DNA of 64,000 nt from Rickettsiales bacterium (GCA_041396965.1 JAWKXN010000001.1:321438-385437), one strand, 5' to 3'. Positions 28,068 through 39,064 are shown, numbered from the stretch's first letter. Notes: a model not told the origin generated them from the sequence alone. Program-made: numbers and translations.

Positions 28068-29516
28068 CTATTTGCTGATTCTGAGATTAGCCAGCGAATC
28101 ACCAATCTGGCTGAAGGCAAGCGATAAATCATCGGTGGTCGGGCTATCAAAGTAGTACTCTGCCTTGCTCGCACAATTTTTTAACACATTTTTCGCTGTT
28201 GTGCCTATATTCGTACCAAGTGCTATGGTATAAATTATTACATTACTGCTATTTGCCTTGATGTTATCACATACACTGCCTGTTCTTATGTTTAACTCAG
28301 ATTCTCCATTATTGCAATCGCTTCCCCACCACGAGGAAGTGCAGGCGCTTGGTCCAAGCTGTCCATCATCAGGATAACCATAAGCGGTATATCTGTTATC
28401 GGATATTGTGTTGTCTCCATCACTCATCAGGATTATCGCTTTGTTCATCAGCGGGGTGTTGTAATCAAGCGGAAGTGCGTTAGTGTCCATCTCTCCACCC
28501 CATAAATTACGCCATTTAGGGGATATTAACCTCCAACCCCAAGCCATTCCTAGGTTAATATGGGTAAGACCACCTGTAGTCATCGATGAAATAGCATTCA
28601 ATATGGTAGTTTTGCTGGATGTAAGTGGAGTAATTGCTTGCGGACAGTAAACATTAGGACCTTTGGTGCTGGTTATGTAGTAATTACCATATGATATCCA
28701 GTTATTGGTGCTGTCATTATCCTCCGCGTAATATTTAGGAAACAGCCTTACGGACGGTATGTCATCAGTTATATCATATTGCGGAGTTAAGGTGCTGTTA
28801 CTGCGTGATTCCACACAACCTTCCCAGCTTGATGGTCCCCAGTTGAAACTATCTGTCTCAACCCAGCTGGTTCTGCTAGAGCCGATATTTACCGTTTGTG
28901 AGAAAGGAACAAGACCAATCCAGAGATTATCTATGGTTTCATTGCTGCCATATAATATATTTACCATTGTCGTTGCCGCGTTTTTAGCGGCGGTTATTTT
29001 GCTTACTGAACCACCTGCAGAACCGGTCATTGAACCTGTCGTATCCATTACTAGCACTATTTCCAGACCTTTGCTCTCACGGGTAATTTCTGATGAAGCG
29101 GAAATAGCAAGACTCTCAATACCAGCTATTCTCATAAAAGTCGTTGGCACAGATCCTGATATAGAAAGAGATATCACTTTATTGTCACTGCTTGGCGTAA
29201 CCAACAATGTGCCAATAGTAGTTCCCATATAATTGGCAGGGAAATTAGCATTGAAATATTTGTTGGCTTCGCTGTTTATATCATTGGTGCTTATGGTGGC
29301 CGCTGCCGCAAGACCGGCGTTATCTAATGCGCTCCCCATTCTTGCCTGTACAAGCTGCGCACGTGCCATATCAATTGACACACCGATTATTGAGACAATG
29401 GCAAGTAATCCAACACCTACCACAAGCATTGCTGATCCCGATTGTTCGCAAGTAAACCTGTTAAATGCTCTACGTGTATTACTGGTATATAGAGAAAGTT
29501 TTTCCATGCTAGGCAT
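28068..29516 (-). CDS. TadG-like pilus-assembly protein with vWA domain (triad 1)
   Basis: TadG-type N-terminal anchor (EQSGSAMLVVGVGLLAIVSIIGVSIDMARA) and a vWA MIDAS-like block LEIVLVMDTTGSMTGS. The ORF track starts at 29573. I prefer Met20 (29516) or Met23 (29507), which nearly abut the stop of the upstream gene. Confidence 0.8.
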   Translation of the reverse strand: MPSMEKLSLYTSNTRRAFNRFTCEQSGSAMLVVGVGLLAIVSIIGVSIDMARAQLVQARMGSALDNAGLAAAATISTNDINSEANKYFNANFPANYMGTTIGTLLVTPSSDNKVISLSISGSVPTTFMRIAGIESLAISASSEITRESKGLEIVLVMDTTGSMTGSAGGSVSKITAAKNAATTMVNILYGSNETIDNLWIGLVPFSQTVNIGSSRTSWVETDSFNWGPSSWEGCVESRSNSTLTPQYDITDDIPSVRLFPKYYAEDNDSTNNWISYGNYYITSTKGPNVYCPQAITPLTSSKTTILNAISSMTTGGLTHINLGMAWGWRLISPKWRNLWGGEMDTNALPLDYNTPLMNKAIILMSDGDNTISDNRYTAYGYPDDGQLGPSACTSSWWGSDCNNGESELNIRTGSVCDNIKANSSNVIIYTIALGTNIGTTAKNVLKNCASKAEYYFDSPTTDDLSLAFSQIGDSLANLRISK

Positions 29517-30126
29517 ATATTTCTCTCCATATCTCTCCCCACAAGTTTTTTGGAGAGTATATGTTATATCCAAGTACCTTCAGATCCCCCAGCCTTGGTT
29601 TATGTATGCTGTAGCGATACATCGTGCTGCTATTATATATGGTGCCCGATAGTATAGGTTCGTAGCTGAAAAATACTTCAGCTATTATAACAGTCTCCTT
29701 GTCAGTTATGGCAAAACCTCCAGGCATGGTGGCGTTTCCTCCCGATGTTCCGACAAGACTCGTCTGCACTGTCCCTCCGCTTGTATATTGCCAGTTGATT
29801 ACTGGGGGATCTTCACCGGTTTTGGTTACGGATGATATTATGGCATAGCCGTTTGTATCAAAATCATAAGGAAGCATCAGCTGGCTGGCTGCGAGTATTA
29901 TCTGGCTTAAATCACCGGAGTTAACATTCTTTGACTGTGCTACAAGGTCAGAAAGAGATATTGAGACACGTTCCATTTTTTGCGTGATCAATACGTAGCG
30001 CGTTACCTCAATAGCACCGAATGTAAGAATTATGAAAAGCGGGAGAAACAGAGCAAACTCAACAGCCGCAAGACCATCCCGCGAAAGTAGCATTTTTTTA
30101 TATGTGTACAACAATCTGTTTTTCAT
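29509..30126 (-). CDS. TadE-like pseudopilin (triad 1, second gene)
   Basis: 205 aa. SRDG/LAAVEFALFLPLFIILTFGAIEVTRY matches the TadE N-terminal domain with a G/xxxxEF prepilin motif. Confidence 0.8.
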   Translation of the reverse strand: MKNRLLYTYKKMLLSRDGLAAVEFALFLPLFIILTFGAIEVTRYVLITQKMERVSISLSDLVAQSKNVNSGDLSQIILAASQLMLPYDFDTNGYAIISSVTKTGEDPPVINWQYTSGGTVQTSLVGTSGGNATMPGGFAITDKETVIIAEVFFSYEPILSGTIYNSSTMYRYSIHKPRLGDLKVLGYNIYSPKNLWGEIWREIYA

Positions 30127-30159
30127 TTTATTTATACACTTTTACTAAAATAGTTTCGA

Positions 30160-30720
30160 TTAATATGGCTCGTTCTTTACAACAGTACGGCTTGATATTA
30201 TTAATGGATTATCAAAAAAGGAGTTTATTATTGGTGTCGTAATGGTCCATGGATAACTTACCGTATATACTACTACGTCATTCGCATTGCCCAGTCCTTC
30301 AACACCAGCACTGTCCCATTGCCCGTTCCCGTTTACATCCGTGTAGGTTTCCCCGACATTATAGACACCATTGTGATTTGAATCTATGTAAGGTTCTTCT
30401 TGGCTTATTGATTCGAATGATGGATAAACCGTAGTGTTGACGGTAATATTTTCAGGATCCAGCAATCCGGTTGTTCTTAACGCCACGGTATTTACTATTT
30501 GTTGCTGGCGGGTTATTCCTTCTATGGTATATCCGGTTTTTCCATAACGGCTGCCTGCTGCGGTAGCTCCTTCCATTACGCTGCTTACAAACATGACAAG
30601 AGAGAACTCAACAAGACCAGTAAGCATTAGCAGAAATACCGGAGCGATCAAAGCAAATTCAACCGCAGTCGTACCACTGCGATCGGAATAAAATTTTCTT
30701 GTTTTGTTGTTTGTGGACAT
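30160..30720 (-). CDS. TadE-like pseudopilin (triad 1, first gene)
   Basis: 186 aa with DRSG/TTAVEFALIAPVFLLMLTGLVEFS. The C-terminus is ...SYPWTITTPI...VVKNEPY. Confidence 0.8.
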   Translation of the reverse strand: MSTNNKTRKFYSDRSGTTAVEFALIAPVFLLMLTGLVEFSLVMFVSSVMEGATAAGSRYGKTGYTIEGITRQQQIVNTVALRTTGLLDPENITVNTTVYPSFESISQEEPYIDSNHNGVYNVGETYTDVNGNGQWDSAGVEGLGNANDVVVYTVSYPWTITTPIINSFFDNPLIISSRTVVKNEPY

Positions 30721-30954
30721 TGTCTTATATCAAGCATTATGTAGATTTATTGTACTATCGCACTAAAACACCACTTAGCGCATCTTATCATAACAATATT
30801 AACCCGTAGTTAATTATGTTAATTAATTTATTGAAAATTATAAAAAATATATAATTAATTTGTTTCAAATATGTAAATGCTTTATATTATATTTATATTA
30901 TAACTGATGTATAATTAATTAGCTGTCCAGCATATTCAATTTTATTTTTTCATT

Positions 30955-32115
30955 ATGAAAAAAAAGTCAATATTTGGTGATAGATATAGAGAGATAGAAA
31001 TCGGCAATGTTGTTAATATAGCGGTCGATGAACCTCTTGTCCTAGAATGTGGCGTTAAGGTTGCTAATATACCTATAGCCTATCAGGCATATGGAAAAAT
31101 TAATAAAGATAAAAGCAATGTAGTTTTGGTTTGTCATGCCTTAACCGGTGATCAATATCTTTGTGGAGAGCATCCGGTTACAGGTAGAATAGGTTGGTGG
31201 GATAGAATGGTAGGGGTTGGAAAACCTATTGATACAGACAGGTTTTTTGTTATTTGCTCTAATATAATTGGCGGTTGTATGGGGTCATTTGGACCTAAGG
31301 AAATCAATAAAGAAACTGGCAAACAATATGGGCTTGACTTCCCATTTATTACAATAGGCGATATGGTAAAAGCCCAGTCGTTATTGTTGGACGCGATCGG
31401 GATAAAAAAAATATTCTGTATAGTTGGCGGTTCAATGGGAGGTATGCAGGCTCTTGAGTGGGCTAGATGTTTCCCTGAGCGGGTTTTCGCGGTCATGCCA
31501 ATCGCGACTGCTGTCCGCCAGTCAGCACAGAATATAGCTTTTCATGAAATAGGTAGGCAAGCTATAATGGCGGATCCCAATTGGTGCGATGGTAATTATC
31601 TGCAAATACGTAATTACCCGTCTAAAGGACTTGCGGTAGCGCGCATGGCCGCTCATGTTACCTATCTTTCGCAAAAGACATTACAAGAAAAATTCGGTCG
31701 TAATCTTCAAAATAGGCAGAGCGTTACCTATGGTCTGGACGCTGATTTCAGAGTAGAAAGCTATCTTCGTCATCAGGGGACTAGTTTTGTCGAACGATTT
31801 GATGCCAACTCTTATCTATATTTGACCAGAGCCGCCAGCTATTTTGATTTAACTGAAGGTAATGACAGCAAGCTTACAGATATATTTAAGGGAACAAAAA
31901 CCCGTTTTTGTGTTGTTTCATTTAGTAGTGACTGGTTATATCCAACCTCTGAGAGTCGTTATCTGGTAAGAGCCTTAAACGCCGCCGCCGCTGATGTCAG
32001 TTTTACCGAGATAGAAAGCGACAATGGGCATGATTCCTTTCTGCTGGATATACCGGAATTTGATGATGTGGTGCGTGGGTTTATAGAGGGGAGCGCGGAG
32101 ATGTATGGAGTATAA
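30955..32115 (+). CDS. metX: homoserine O-acetyltransferase
   Basis: 386 aa, alpha/beta hydrolase with [12 protein letters not shown] and ...GHDSFLL. Confidence 0.93.
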   Translation: MKKKSIFGDRYREIEIGNVVNIAVDEPLVLECGVKVANIPIAYQAYGKINKDKSNVVLVCHALTGDQYLCGEHPVTGRIGWWDRMVGVGKPIDTDRFFVICSNIIGGCMGSFGPKEINKETGKQYGLDFPFITIGDMVKAQSLLLDAIGIKKIFCIVGGSMGGMQALEWARCFPERVFAVMPIATAVRQSAQNIAFHEIGRQAIMADPNWCDGNYLQIRNYPSKGLAVARMAAHVTYLSQKTLQEKFGRNLQNRQSVTYGLDADFRVESYLRHQGTSFVERFDANSYLYLTRAASYFDLTEGNDSKLTDIFKGTKTRFCVVSFSSDWLYPTSESRYLVRALNAAAADVSFTEIESDNGHDSFLLDIPEFDDVVRGFIEGSAEMYGV

Positions 32116-32175
32116 TAAAACTAATAATATCAATATATTGTTAGCTATAATTAAAGTTGTTGATTAAGTAGGCAT

Positions 32176-33285
32176 TGTAAAAGTCAAATAATTCGGTGTC
32201 AGATTTTGTAAAGTCACTAATTGAGTCAAACTTTATAAATGAGGCAACGCATGAGCAAACAAGAATTACGCAGTGGCAAGGACAGAGTTCTTGAGTCAAG
32301 CACAATAAAGCGGATGGAGTTTTTATGTTCGGAATATGAATTAATTAAGGCAAAGCGACACACAAGATTTTGTTTTGTCAGTGAATTTTATAAATTTCAT
32401 AATCTAACCCGTCAGAATTTCATAAAATACTATAATCGTTACAAAAGTAGTGGTTCTAAATTAGAATTATTGCCTCAAAAACGCGGTGCTAAATATAAAA
32501 CTAGGAGAATTTTACCTCATATAGAACAACAGATTATAGGCTTACGGCAAAAAGGTTTGAATCGTTTTGAGATACATGCTGATTTACAGATTTCTGAACA
32601 TGAAACTCGTCCTTGTCCTAGCACTATTTATAATATAAGCAAAAAACATGGATTTAACAGATTGCAGCCAAGAATGATGGAAGAAAAACGCAAGATTATC
32701 AAAGAAAAAGCCGGTGAGCTAGGGCATATAGATTGCCATTACCTACCCAAAGGCATGATTTCCGGTGATAATAAACGTTATTATCTGGTGGGGCTGATTG
32801 ACCATAAAACTTCTCTAGCGTGGTGTGAGGTTATTCCTGAAGTTACATCGCTAAATGTGATGTTTTCTACAATGAAGCTACTTAATTTATTCAAGAAAGA
32901 GTTTGGTTTTGATTTTGTTGAGATACTAACGGATAATGGTTCAGAGTTTGGCAGTGGTAGTAACGATCCAGCAACTATTAAGAAAAATCCTTTTATGCGT
33001 CTGCTTTTTGAACTTAAAATAAAACATCGCCGAACTAAACCTTACAGACCACAAACTAACGGAAAAATAGAGAGATTCTGGAAAACAATAGAAGAAGATT
33101 TGCTGCGTGAAATGGTATTCGACTCGCTAGACCAGCTCAAAAATGAAGTGTTCGAGTATATGACTTACTACAACTACGCAAGACCTCACTCCGCCGCAAA
33201 TGGAAAAACTCCTTCTCATCTTATTGGAAAAAATATAACATGAAACAGATTACAAAATCTGACACCGAATTATTTGACTTTTACA
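32176..33285 (+). mobile_element. IS481-family insertion sequence (1110 bp)
   Basis: Perfect 36-bp terminal inverted repeats TGTAAAAGTCAAATAATTCGGTGTCAGATTTTGTAA (32176-32211; reverse complement at 33250-33285) enclose a single DDE/rve transposase gene. Confidence 0.88.
32239..33243 (+). CDS. IS481-family DDE transposase (integrase core domain)
   Basis: 334 aa. HIDCHYLP..., ILTDNGSEFGS and YRPQTNGKIERFWKTIEEDL show the DDE pattern. Confidence 0.9.
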   Translation: MRQRMSKQELRSGKDRVLESSTIKRMEFLCSEYELIKAKRHTRFCFVSEFYKFHNLTRQNFIKYYNRYKSSGSKLELLPQKRGAKYKTRRILPHIEQQIIGLRQKGLNRFEIHADLQISEHETRPCPSTIYNISKKHGFNRLQPRMMEEKRKIIKEKAGELGHIDCHYLPKGMISGDNKRYYLVGLIDHKTSLAWCEVIPEVTSLNVMFSTMKLLNLFKKEFGFDFVEILTDNGSEFGSGSNDPATIKKNPFMRLLFELKIKHRRTKPYRPQTNGKIERFWKTIEEDLLREMVFDSLDQLKNEVFEYMTYYNYARPHSAANGKTPSHLIGKNIT

Positions 33286-33294
33286 GGCTTGACT

Positions 33295-33903
33295 ATGGTT
33301 TTGGATTTAAGATACGATTTAAGAGCGATAGCCGACATGGTTGAACCAAATTCCACATTGCTTGATGTTGGCTGTGGGGATGGTGATTTACTATATTGGT
33401 TGAAAAAAGAAAAATCCGTAGTGGGTAGAGGTATAGAATTATCTCAAAATGGGGTAAATAACTGTATTTCAAAAGGATTATCAGTAATGCAAGGTAATGC
33501 TGATACAGATTTATCTTTTTATCCTGATAAGGCATATGATTACGCTGTTCTTAGTCAAACTCTGCAAACACTTGAAAATCCAAGAAAAACATTGGAGAAT
33601 TTGGTTCGTATCGCAGATCGTACCATAGTTTCGGTCCCTAATTTTGGACATTGGAGAAACCGTTTATATTTAACATTTTTTGGTCGTATGCCTGTTACTC
33701 GTAATCTTAGTTATCAATGGTATGACACTCCTAATATCCACTTTTGTACGATTACCGACTTTATGGAACTTTGTGCTAATCTCGGGTTATCGGTGGAGAA
33801 GACCGTCTATATTACTGAAACAGGAACATCATCCAATGTTGTAGGGTATAAATGGGTTGCCAATCTTTTTGGGCAACATGGTATTTTTATGCTTTCTGGT
33901 TGA
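33295..33903 (+). CDS. metW: methionine biosynthesis protein MetW
   Basis: LDVGCGDGDLLYWL is a SAM-MTase-like motif. The ORF-track start at 33274 lies inside the IS right inverted repeat. I prefer ATG 33295 (MVLDLRYDLRAIADMV). Confidence 0.88.
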   Translation: MVLDLRYDLRAIADMVEPNSTLLDVGCGDGDLLYWLKKEKSVVGRGIELSQNGVNNCISKGLSVMQGNADTDLSFYPDKAYDYAVLSQTLQTLENPRKTLENLVRIADRTIVSVPNFGHWRNRLYLTFFGRMPVTRNLSYQWYDTPNIHFCTITDFMELCANLGLSVEKTVYITETGTSSNVVGYKWVANLFGQHGIFMLSG

Positions 33904-34045
33904 TATAGTCATTACTCTGTATTTAACAATATGTTGTGTATTTTTACTTACATTTCACGGTTAATGTAATTAATAAAATAAATTAATGATATATATACAA
34001 TATTGAGATATGCTTCGTTAGTTATGAAATTCTATTAGGTTATGT

Positions 34046-36895
34046 ATGGTTTTGAGGCATAGAAAATTAATAAAAAGATTAATAATACTAATATTATTAA
34101 TTATAGGTGGGTTCGAGTGGCTTCTATTTTCAATAAGCGCTTGGATTAAGCCAGAAATTTATCAGCAACAGGTTTTAGATATTATTAAAAAACAAACCGG
34201 TAAAGATCTAACCATCGCTGGTAACGCCAGATTCGTGTTACTACCTACTCCAAGATTAGTTATTCAGGGTTTAGAGATGGATAATAGCAATAGTGACCTA
34301 TTCGCTCCTAGCCTTTACTCAGAAAAGCTAGAAGTTCATATAGAGCCGATGTCACTTTTATCAGGTGAGGTTAGCATAGCGGGAGTTACGCTTATCAATC
34401 CGATTCTCTCTTTAGAAAGAGGTGGCGACAATATTATCCATTGGGATTGGCTTAATATAAATCTTCTTAATAGCCTTGATAATAGCGACAATAAGAAAAC
34501 TCCGCCATTTTATATAAGGGGTGGTATTATTAGTTATCGCGATAATATACATGATCAGAATATTTTTATAGAGGATATTAATCTAACCGCTAATTATAAT
34601 AATTATCTATATTTAAGCGGTAGTATGAAACGTAATAAACGTTCATACAATTTTACCATAGATAATAGTCCATCAGATATAAAAATTGACAATGGTTTTT
34701 ATATCAACTTTCAGATGGCAGGTGATAATACTGGGAGAATCAATCTAAAAAGTGCTATTCTATCACTTGGAGAGTCTCCAGAAATTGTCGGGACAATAAA
34801 TTTTACCGCTAGCGATATGTGGAGTTGGATGCATTTACCATCCAGATATAAAAACAATGAGAAAGATAAAAATCAAAAAAAAGTCGCTAAGAGGCTCTTT
34901 GATATGCGGTTTGACGCGTCTTGGAAATTAAAAGATGGTTTTATCAATATTGATGAGTTTTCATTAAATGGGTTAAATTCAAAAGGAGGCGGCAAGGCTA
35001 AAGTTTATTGGAACAAATGGCATCCAACCATAATTACCGACACAAGATTTGAATATATAGATTATTTTGTATGGAAAGCCGTCATAGAAGATTCAATGGC
35101 TGCGAAATTGCGTAGTGCGCATCCTGATGATTATGTGCAAAATTACGATTTTAACCCTACTAATCCTCTGCCAGAAAATATTGAGCTAAAGCTTAATATG
35201 AAAGCGAATAATGTCCTATTTGGAGAGCAGAAATGGGAGAATGTAGCGTTAAATACAGTGCTTGATAATGGAGCTGTAACCATAAATCAGTGTGATATTA
35301 ACCTAAAAGGTGATGGTCTTCTGTCAATATTTGGGGTTGTTTCGCAGGGTGGTCTGGGTAATCTTCGCTTTGAGGGTAATATGGAAGCCAAAGGAAAAAA
35401 ATTTCATGAATCAATAGAAATGTTTTATCCTGCGGCGAATAAGCTACCTGATATAGGAAATGGAAAATTTGTGATAGACTCCAATTTGTATATGGATAGT
35501 CAGCAAATTCGGTTGTTTGAGGCAGATGCTGTTATTGATGGTCAAGATATGAGTGGAACCATGACAGCCTATATTGCTGGAGTCCCTCGTGTTGACATGA
35601 AGATAAAGTTAAAAGATGTAAATTTTGACTATATAAGAGATGTACTGCTAACAGATAATTTTACCGATGATAGTATTCCAGAAACTACGAGTAACTTGAT
35701 TGAAAAGAAATCGTCTATCATTAAAAAATATTCTGATAATCGTTTTGATTGGCTTAAAAAAATTCCAACGAGGATGGATATTAAAGTATACATTGATGAT
35801 TTTACTTTTATGGAAAAAAAGGGAGATAAGGCTTCTTTTTATTTATACGCTTACAAGGGAGACTTAAGACTTTCGGATATTCGTTTTGTTTATCCTGACT
35901 CAACAACAGAGCTGAATTTTAGTCTGAATGTAAATAATTTGCTGCCATATGTAAATTTAATGATCAATGCTGATAATTTAGATACGGAGTATTTTATTCC
36001 ATCATCAGCGAAGATTGAGCATAGTAAAGACAAAAATAGTGCTAAAAAATTAAGAAGCCTCAAAAAACGAAAAATTCTTAAAGAAGAAATAAACGAGTAT
36101 ATTGATAGCCGTATTCCTATGGAATGGATGGGAGAAGTTGATGGAATACTAGACATTAATTTACGCAAATTGATACATAAGGGGTTCACTTTTGAGAATG
36201 TTAAAATGCGGGCGAACCTAGAAAGCAGAAAACTGAAAATAACAAATTTAGATTTTGTTTATTCTCAAGCTGAAACCAGTATGGCTGGCAGTGTTTATGG
36301 TGGTAAAGTTCCCGGTATTTTGCTTAATTTTACTATGTCTAAGGCTGATATTTACGATATATTAAATCCGGTAATAGGTCTAAATAATATAAATGGATAT
36401 AGTAGTTTAAGTGGTACTATCTCAACTACCGGCTGGAACTTTAGAGAATGGCTTGAGCAGATGGAAGGAAAATTTCTAATTTCCGCTCGTGGCGTAAAAG
36501 TGAAAGGCATAAATATATTTGGTGTTAGCAATATAATTGAGGTAGCGCGTTCTTCCGCTGACGTATTTAACAATGTAAATAACGTTGTTACTAAAGGAAC
36601 CACCGAGTTTATGGTTGATGGTTCAATTAATGTAAGAAAAGGTGAGATAAGAGCGCCCGGAGTTACTCTAAGAAGCGGTTTGGTTACAGGGACTATCATT
36701 GGTGGTATAGATCTTAAAAGTCTTTCTGGTCAGTTTTCTATATTATTCAGATTTTCAAACCTATCTCCTGATATAATTCCAATAATGGTATTGCAACTTT
36801 CTGGTAAGTTAAATGATCCGTCAATAAGAGTAGATACGTCCTCACTTGAGGATTTCGTCGCCAAAAGGAATGTCGGTAGGAACATCGGGAATTAG
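34046..36895 (+). CDS. asmA: AsmA-family outer-membrane biogenesis protein
   Basis: 949 aa with an N-terminal TM anchor and a long beta-rich, repeat-like body. The C-terminal AsmA_2-like region is (ISARGVKVKGINIFG...). Very AT-rich. Confidence 0.65.
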   Translation: MVLRHRKLIKRLIILILLIIGGFEWLLFSISAWIKPEIYQQQVLDIIKKQTGKDLTIAGNARFVLLPTPRLVIQGLEMDNSNSDLFAPSLYSEKLEVHIEPMSLLSGEVSIAGVTLINPILSLERGGDNIIHWDWLNINLLNSLDNSDNKKTPPFYIRGGIISYRDNIHDQNIFIEDINLTANYNNYLYLSGSMKRNKRSYNFTIDNSPSDIKIDNGFYINFQMAGDNTGRINLKSAILSLGESPEIVGTINFTASDMWSWMHLPSRYKNNEKDKNQKKVAKRLFDMRFDASWKLKDGFINIDEFSLNGLNSKGGGKAKVYWNKWHPTIITDTRFEYIDYFVWKAVIEDSMAAKLRSAHPDDYVQNYDFNPTNPLPENIELKLNMKANNVLFGEQKWENVALNTVLDNGAVTINQCDINLKGDGLLSIFGVVSQGGLGNLRFEGNMEAKGKKFHESIEMFYPAANKLPDIGNGKFVIDSNLYMDSQQIRLFEADAVIDGQDMSGTMTAYIAGVPRVDMKIKLKDVNFDYIRDVLLTDNFTDDSIPETTSNLIEKKSSIIKKYSDNRFDWLKKIPTRMDIKVYIDDFTFMEKKGDKASFYLYAYKGDLRLSDIRFVYPDSTTELNFSLNVNNLLPYVNLMINADNLDTEYFIPSSAKIEHSKDKNSAKKLRSLKKRKILKEEINEYIDSRIPMEWMGEVDGILDINLRKLIHKGFTFENVKMRANLESRKLKITNLDFVYSQAETSMAGSVYGGKVPGILLNFTMSKADIYDILNPVIGLNNINGYSSLSGTISTTGWNFREWLEQMEGKFLISARGVKVKGINIFGVSNIIEVARSSADVFNNVNNVVTKGTTEFMVDGSINVRKGEIRAPGVTLRSGLVTGTIIGGIDLKSLSGQFSILFRFSNLSPDIIPIMVLQLSGKLNDPSIRVDTSSLEDFVAKRNVGRNIGN

Positions 36896-36898
36896 GTT

Positions 36899-39064
36899 GT
36901 GGCTATTCTATTTTGTAGTATAATTTTTGCAAGCTCAGCTCTACTATTTTGGATACAACCACTTTTCACTAAATCACTGCTACCATCACTTGGTGGTTCC
37001 CCGAGTGTTTGGGGCATTTCTATGGCATGTTTCCAAATGTTGTTACTTTCTGGTTACTGGTACGCTAATCGTGTAACAACCATTTTTACAGTAAATAAGC
37101 AAGTTATCATTCATATTGCTATCGTAGTGATAGCTGTATTATATATGTGGAAAATGCCGTTTTATATAGAGGTAGATAGTGATGCTTATATTTACCCTAT
37201 AAGATGGCAAATTCAGAAACTTTTTTTATATGTAGGGCTGCCATTTTTTTTATTAGCCAGTACCTCGGTTCTGCTGCAGAGGTGGTATGTAAATATTAGC
37301 GAGCAGGATAATATATATTGGCTATACGCAGTTAGTAATGCCGGTAGTATGTTTGGTATACTTGGTTTCGTAGTATTGATAGAACCATTTATTGGAATAG
37401 AGTCGCAGATAATACTATTTCAGTATATATTTACCATAATTGGTATAATGCTAGTGCTATGTGCTATAATTTACAATAATGCGGCAAAATATAGTATTAT
37501 CAATTTATATAAATCCACAATTTCTGTAATTCCTATAGGAACAAAACTACACTGGATGCTATTGTCGGCGGTACCTTCTGCCTTTCTTATCGCTATTACT
37601 ACCTATGTGACTACAGATATTGCACCGATACCATTATTGTGGATGTTGTTTTTGGGGGTTTATCTTGCAAGTTTTATAATGGCGTTTAGCGGTTGGAAAC
37701 GTCTATCACTACCATTACTGTTGAGATTGCAGATAATATTTACCCTGCCCATATTATTAGAATTCCTTACAGGAGTCTATTCTATAAGAGATGTATTTTC
37801 AATAATATGGTACAGTAGTATGTTTTTCATAACTGCGCTTATATGCCATATAATCCTTTATAGGATGCGTCCGGAAGCGTCTAACCTCGCTGTATTTTAT
37901 TTATATTTATCAGTAGGTGGAGTGTTGGGAGGTTTTTTTATTACTTTCGTAGTGCCATCATTATTTAATATGCTTTTTGAGTTACAAATAATCATTGCGC
38001 TTGCTCTTATGCTTCGTCCATCCAAAAAAAGAATTGCCTCTACATTTCGCAAAGATTTAAAGATCATATTTGTTTTTTTGATTTTAATTTTATCTTCGCT
38101 ATTCATTGCGACAAATCTTACTTATCCTTTTGGTGCTTTTTTATTAGTTATTATATTTTTAGTTACAACTTATGCTGTGTTTAAGTATTGTTTGTCAGGT
38201 TATCAAAAACCATTCCGTATGGGCTTGTTCTATATAGTTATAGTCTCATCTGGGTTGTTATTTCATAATTCTTCAGGTGGATTAGTAAAGTCTATTCGTA
38301 ATTTTTATGGAGTCCTAAAAATTAGGAACCATGACTTAGAAGCTATAATACTAAATAATGGTACTACGGTACATGGTATCCAATATATTTCAGGTAAAAA
38401 ACATCTTATTCCTATGTCATATTATCATCCAAGTGGTCCGGTAGGTGATGTAATTAATGCGTTGCAGAAGGAAAAATATTCTATGGATATTGCTGCTATT
38501 GGTCTTGGTGTAGGCAGTATAGCTTGTTATGGTAGAAAAGAAGATAAAATATCGTTTTTTGAGATTAATCCTGCCGTAATAGATATAGTAGAGAATAGCG
38601 ATTATTTTTCATATGTTAAGGAGTGCGAACCAACGGTTAATATAATAGCGGGTGACGGAAGACTACAAATTAAAAAATATGGTAAGATGTTTGATCTAAT
38701 AGTTTTAGATGCTTTTACCTCTGACTCTATACCAATCCACTTGCTTACCTACGAAGCCTTTATTTCCTATAAAAAACATCTAAAGAAGGACGGGGTTATA
38801 CTAATAAATATAAGCAATCGTTATCTTAATCTTGGCAAGGTCGTGTCTGCCATAGCAAATAACTTAGGAATGGATGCTATGGTATTTTTTGATAAGGATA
38901 TAAGTCAAGATAAATATAAAAACACATCAATCTGGGTGGTTATGGCAAAAAAATCAGTGATTAAGCAAATGAATTTGCCTAAACATTGGGGTAAGTTGGA
39001 TAGTATGGATTCCGTATATTTGTGGACAGACGATTACTCTAATATACTTAGATTGATGTTTTAG
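36899..39064 (+). CDS. fused polytopic membrane domain / spermidine-synthase-like protein
   Basis: 721 aa with about 12 TM segments. The C-terminal SAM/aminopropyltransferase-like fold is (IAAIGLGVGSIACYG...FFEINPAVI...FDLIVLDAFTSDSIPIHLLT). GTG start 3 nt after the asmA stop. Confidence 0.65.
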   Translation: MAILFCSIIFASSALLFWIQPLFTKSLLPSLGGSPSVWGISMACFQMLLLSGYWYANRVTTIFTVNKQVIIHIAIVVIAVLYMWKMPFYIEVDSDAYIYPIRWQIQKLFLYVGLPFFLLASTSVLLQRWYVNISEQDNIYWLYAVSNAGSMFGILGFVVLIEPFIGIESQIILFQYIFTIIGIMLVLCAIIYNNAAKYSIINLYKSTISVIPIGTKLHWMLLSAVPSAFLIAITTYVTTDIAPIPLLWMLFLGVYLASFIMAFSGWKRLSLPLLLRLQIIFTLPILLEFLTGVYSIRDVFSIIWYSSMFFITALICHIILYRMRPEASNLAVFYLYLSVGGVLGGFFITFVVPSLFNMLFELQIIIALALMLRPSKKRIASTFRKDLKIIFVFLILILSSLFIATNLTYPFGAFLLVIIFLVTTYAVFKYCLSGYQKPFRMGLFYIVIVSSGLLFHNSSGGLVKSIRNFYGVLKIRNHDLEAIILNNGTTVHGIQYISGKKHLIPMSYYHPSGPVGDVINALQKEKYSMDIAAIGLGVGSIACYGRKEDKISFFEINPAVIDIVENSDYFSYVKECEPTVNIIAGDGRLQIKKYGKMFDLIVLDAFTSDSIPIHLLTYEAFISYKKHLKKDGVILINISNRYLNLGKVVSAIANNLGMDAMVFFDKDISQDKYKNTSIWVVMAKKSVIKQMNLPKHWGKLDSMDSVYLWTDDYSNILRLMF

